A stretch of DNA of 64,000 nt from the human T2T-CHM13v2.0 reference genome, Homo sapiens: the NCBI RefSeq assembly GCF_009914755.1, contig NC_060937.1, one strand, 5' to 3'. Shown one piece after another: positions 61,401 to 64,000 of the stretch (its first letter is position 1; each line of letters begins with the position of its first letter). Position numbers and translations under genes: made by a program. Below the pieces are notes generated by a model. It was not told the DNA's origin, searched no databases, and saw only the letters and a program-made list of their open reading frames with translations.

Positions 61401-63859
61401 CAAAATATATATTGTAAACTGTACATAAAATATCAAAGTAGCCAAAATATATATTGTATACTGTACATAAAATATAAAAGTACCCCAAATATGTATTATA
61501 TACTGTACATAAAATATCAAAGTACCGATAATACATATTATATACTGTACATAAAATATCAAAGGACCCAAAATAAACATTATATACTGTACATAAAATA
61601 TCCAAATACTCAAAATATATATTACATACTGTACATAAAATATCAAAGTACCCAAATTATGTATTATATACTGTACGTAAAATATCAGAGTACCCAAAAT
61701 ATGCATTATATACTGTACATAAAATATGAAAGTAACAAAACATTTATAATAAACTGTACATAAAATATCAAAGTACTCAAACTATATATCATATACTGTA
61801 CATAAAATATCAAAGTACCCAAACTGTGTATTATTATATACTGTATATAAAATATCAAAGTACCTGAAATATATATTGTATACTGTACATAAAATATCAA
61901 AGTACCCAAAATATATACTATATACTGTACATAAAATATGAAGGTACATAAATATATATTATATCCTGTACATAAAATATCAAAGTACACCTATTATATA
62001 TTGTGTACTGTACATAATATATTAAATCGCCCAAATATATATTGTATACTGTATATAAAATATGAAGGTACTTCAAATATATATTATATGCTGCACATAA
62101 AATATCAAAGTACCCAAGGTATGCATTACATACTGTACATAAAATATCAAAGTACACATATTATATATTATATAATATACATAAAATATGAAGGTTCATC
62201 AAATATATATTATATTCTGTACATAATATATCAAAGTACATCAAATATATATTATATACTGTACATAAAATATCAAAGTACCAAAAATATGTATTATATA
62301 CTGTACATAAAATATGAAAGTAACCAAACATTTATAATATACTGTACATAAAATATCAAAGTACTCAGTCTACATATTATATACAGTATATAAAATATCA
62401 AAGTACACACACTGTATATTATATACTGTACATAATATATCAAAGTACCCAGAATATATAGCATACTGTACATAAAATATCAAAGTACCCGAAATATATA
62501 TGGTATACTGTACATAAAATATGAAGGTACATCAAAGATATATTATATTCTGTACATAAAATATCAAACTACACCAAATATATATTATATGCTGTACATA
62601 ATATATTAAAGTTGCCCAAATATACATTCTATACTGTACATAAAATATGAACGTACATCAAATATATAGTATATGCTGCACATAAAATATCAAAGTACCC
62701 AAAGTATGTATTATACACTGTACATAAAATATCAAAGTACCAAAAGTATATATTACATACTGTAAATAAAATATGAAGGTACCTCAAATATATATTATGT
62801 TCTGTACATAAAATATCAAAGTACACCAAGTATATACTACATACTCTGCATAAAATATTAAATTACCCACAATATGTATTGTATTGTGTACATAAAATAT
62901 GAAAGTAACCAAACATTTATAATAAACTGTACATAAAATATCAAAGTACTCAAACTGTATATGATATACTGTACATAAAGTATCAAAGTACCCAAACTGT
63001 GTAGTATATTCTGTACATAAAATATCAAGGTACCCAAAATATATATTGTAAACTGTAGATAAAATATCAAAGTACCCAAAATATATATTATATACTGTAC
63101 ATAAAATATGAAGGCACATCCAATATATATTATATTCTGTACATAAAATATCAAAGTACACCAAATGTATATTATATACTGTACATAAAATATCAAAGTA
63201 CCCAAAGTGTATATTATATACTGTACATAAAATATGAAGGTTCATCAAATATATTTTATATTCTGCACATAATATATCAAAGTACAGCAAATATATATTA
63301 TATACTGTACATAAAATATCAAAGTACCCAAAATATGTATTATATACTGTACATAAAATATGAAAGTAACCAAACATTTATAATAAACTGTACATAAAGT
63401 ATCAAACTACTCAAACTACATATTATATACAGTATATAAAACGTCAAAGTACCCAAACTGTATATTATATACTGTACATAATATATCAAAGTACCCAAAT
63501 ATATAGCATACTGTACATAAAATATCAAAGTACCCAAAATATATATTATATACTGTACATAAAATATCAAAATACCCAAAATATATATTATATACTGTAC
63601 ATAAATTACCAAAGTACCCAAAGTATATATTATGTACCGTACAAAAAATATCAAAGTAGCCAAAATATGTATTATACACTGTACTTAATATATGAAAGTA
63701 CCCAAACATTTATAATAAACTGTAAATAAAATATCAATGTACTCAAACTATATATTATGTGCGGTACATAAGATATCAAAGTACCCATGCCATATAGTAT
63801 ATACTGTACTTAAAATATCAAAATACCCAAAATATATATTATATACGTTACATAAACTA
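58478..63859 (+). repeat. Fused double HOR 5,382 bp (5399 minus 17)
   Basis: 17-bp deletion near 59180; cassette at 60420; junctions near 61380 and at 63515. Confidence 0.85.
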
Positions 63860-64000
63860 TCAAATACACAAAGTATGTATTATATACTGTACATAAAATA
63901 GCAAAGTTCCCAAAATATGTATTATATACTGTACATAAAATATGAAAGTACCCAACCATTTATAATAAACTCTACATAAAATACCAAAGTACCCAAACTG

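Larger units (their letters stand above)
1..64000 (+). repeat. Human satellite I (HSat1A / SAR) 42-bp tandem array, ~1,500 monomers, one orientation
   Basis: Continuous 42-bp monomers made of alternating 17-bp (ACATAAAATATCAAAGT) and 25-bp (ACCCAAAATATATATTATATACTGT) parts, with GTAC (RsaI) at both junctions. This is the established structure of classical satellite I. No non-satellite insert seen. Confidence 0.96.

Noticed and set aside
79-63709. Hundreds of 60-199 aa ORFs on both strands (YYILYIKYQSTQNI, FGYFDILCTVYNIY and GTLIFYVQYIIYIL repeats)
   Set aside because: The 42-bp monomer is 14 codons and several frames lack stops by chance. The ORFs overlap in many frames, begin and end at indel monomers, and resemble no protein family I recognise.
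1-64000. CRISPR-like alternation of a conserved part (TACTGTACATAAAATATCAAAGTAC) and a variable part
   Set aside because: The variable parts are homologous to one another rather than unique spacers, they recur with HOR periodicity, and there are no cas genes or leader.
1-64000. TATA-box-like and bacterial -10-like motifs (TATAAAA, TATAAT)
   Set aside because: Expected at high frequency in ~80% AT repeat sequence; no independent promoter context.
1-64000. Embedded Alu/L1, alpha satellite, HSat1B, HSat2/3, telomeric repeat or inversion
   Set aside because: None seen on reading through. There is no GC-rich segment, poly(A) tail, CATTC or TTAGGG run, or strand switch.

Overview
The whole 64-kb window is one uninterrupted, single-orientation array of an AT-rich 42-bp tandem repeat (consensus ACATAAAATATCAAAGT+ACCCAAAATATATATTATATACTGT, 17+25 bp, about 81% AT). 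It matches human classical satellite I (HSat1A/SAR). I found no genes, RNA genes, transposons or CRISPR arrays. The listed ORFs are artefacts of a monomer that is exactly 14 codons long. Tracking a once-per-unit landmark (ACGTTACATAAACTATCAAATACAC) reveals a 3,013-bp, 72-monomer higher-order repeat (HOR) made of six sub-blocks of 10/14/14/11/17/6 monomers. This resembles the ~3-kb satellite I HOR reported from chromosome 13 (locus is an inference). Every other unit length (1968, 2364, 2384/2385, 2635, 3023, 3307, 5382, 5399 bp) is explained exactly by a small set of events: +294, -922, -377, -543, -649, -1045, +10, -17 and 1-bp deletions. These units are further copied in multi-kb blocks (offsets 11,055, 12,115, 16,467, 21,487, 24,510 bp and others). 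The most speculative functional idea is that the + strand carries a Pumilio response element (TGTANATA) at most monomer junctions plus recurrent AATAAA signals, so a sense transcript could act as a highly multivalent PUM1/2 decoy. That is a hypothesis, not something the sequence proves.
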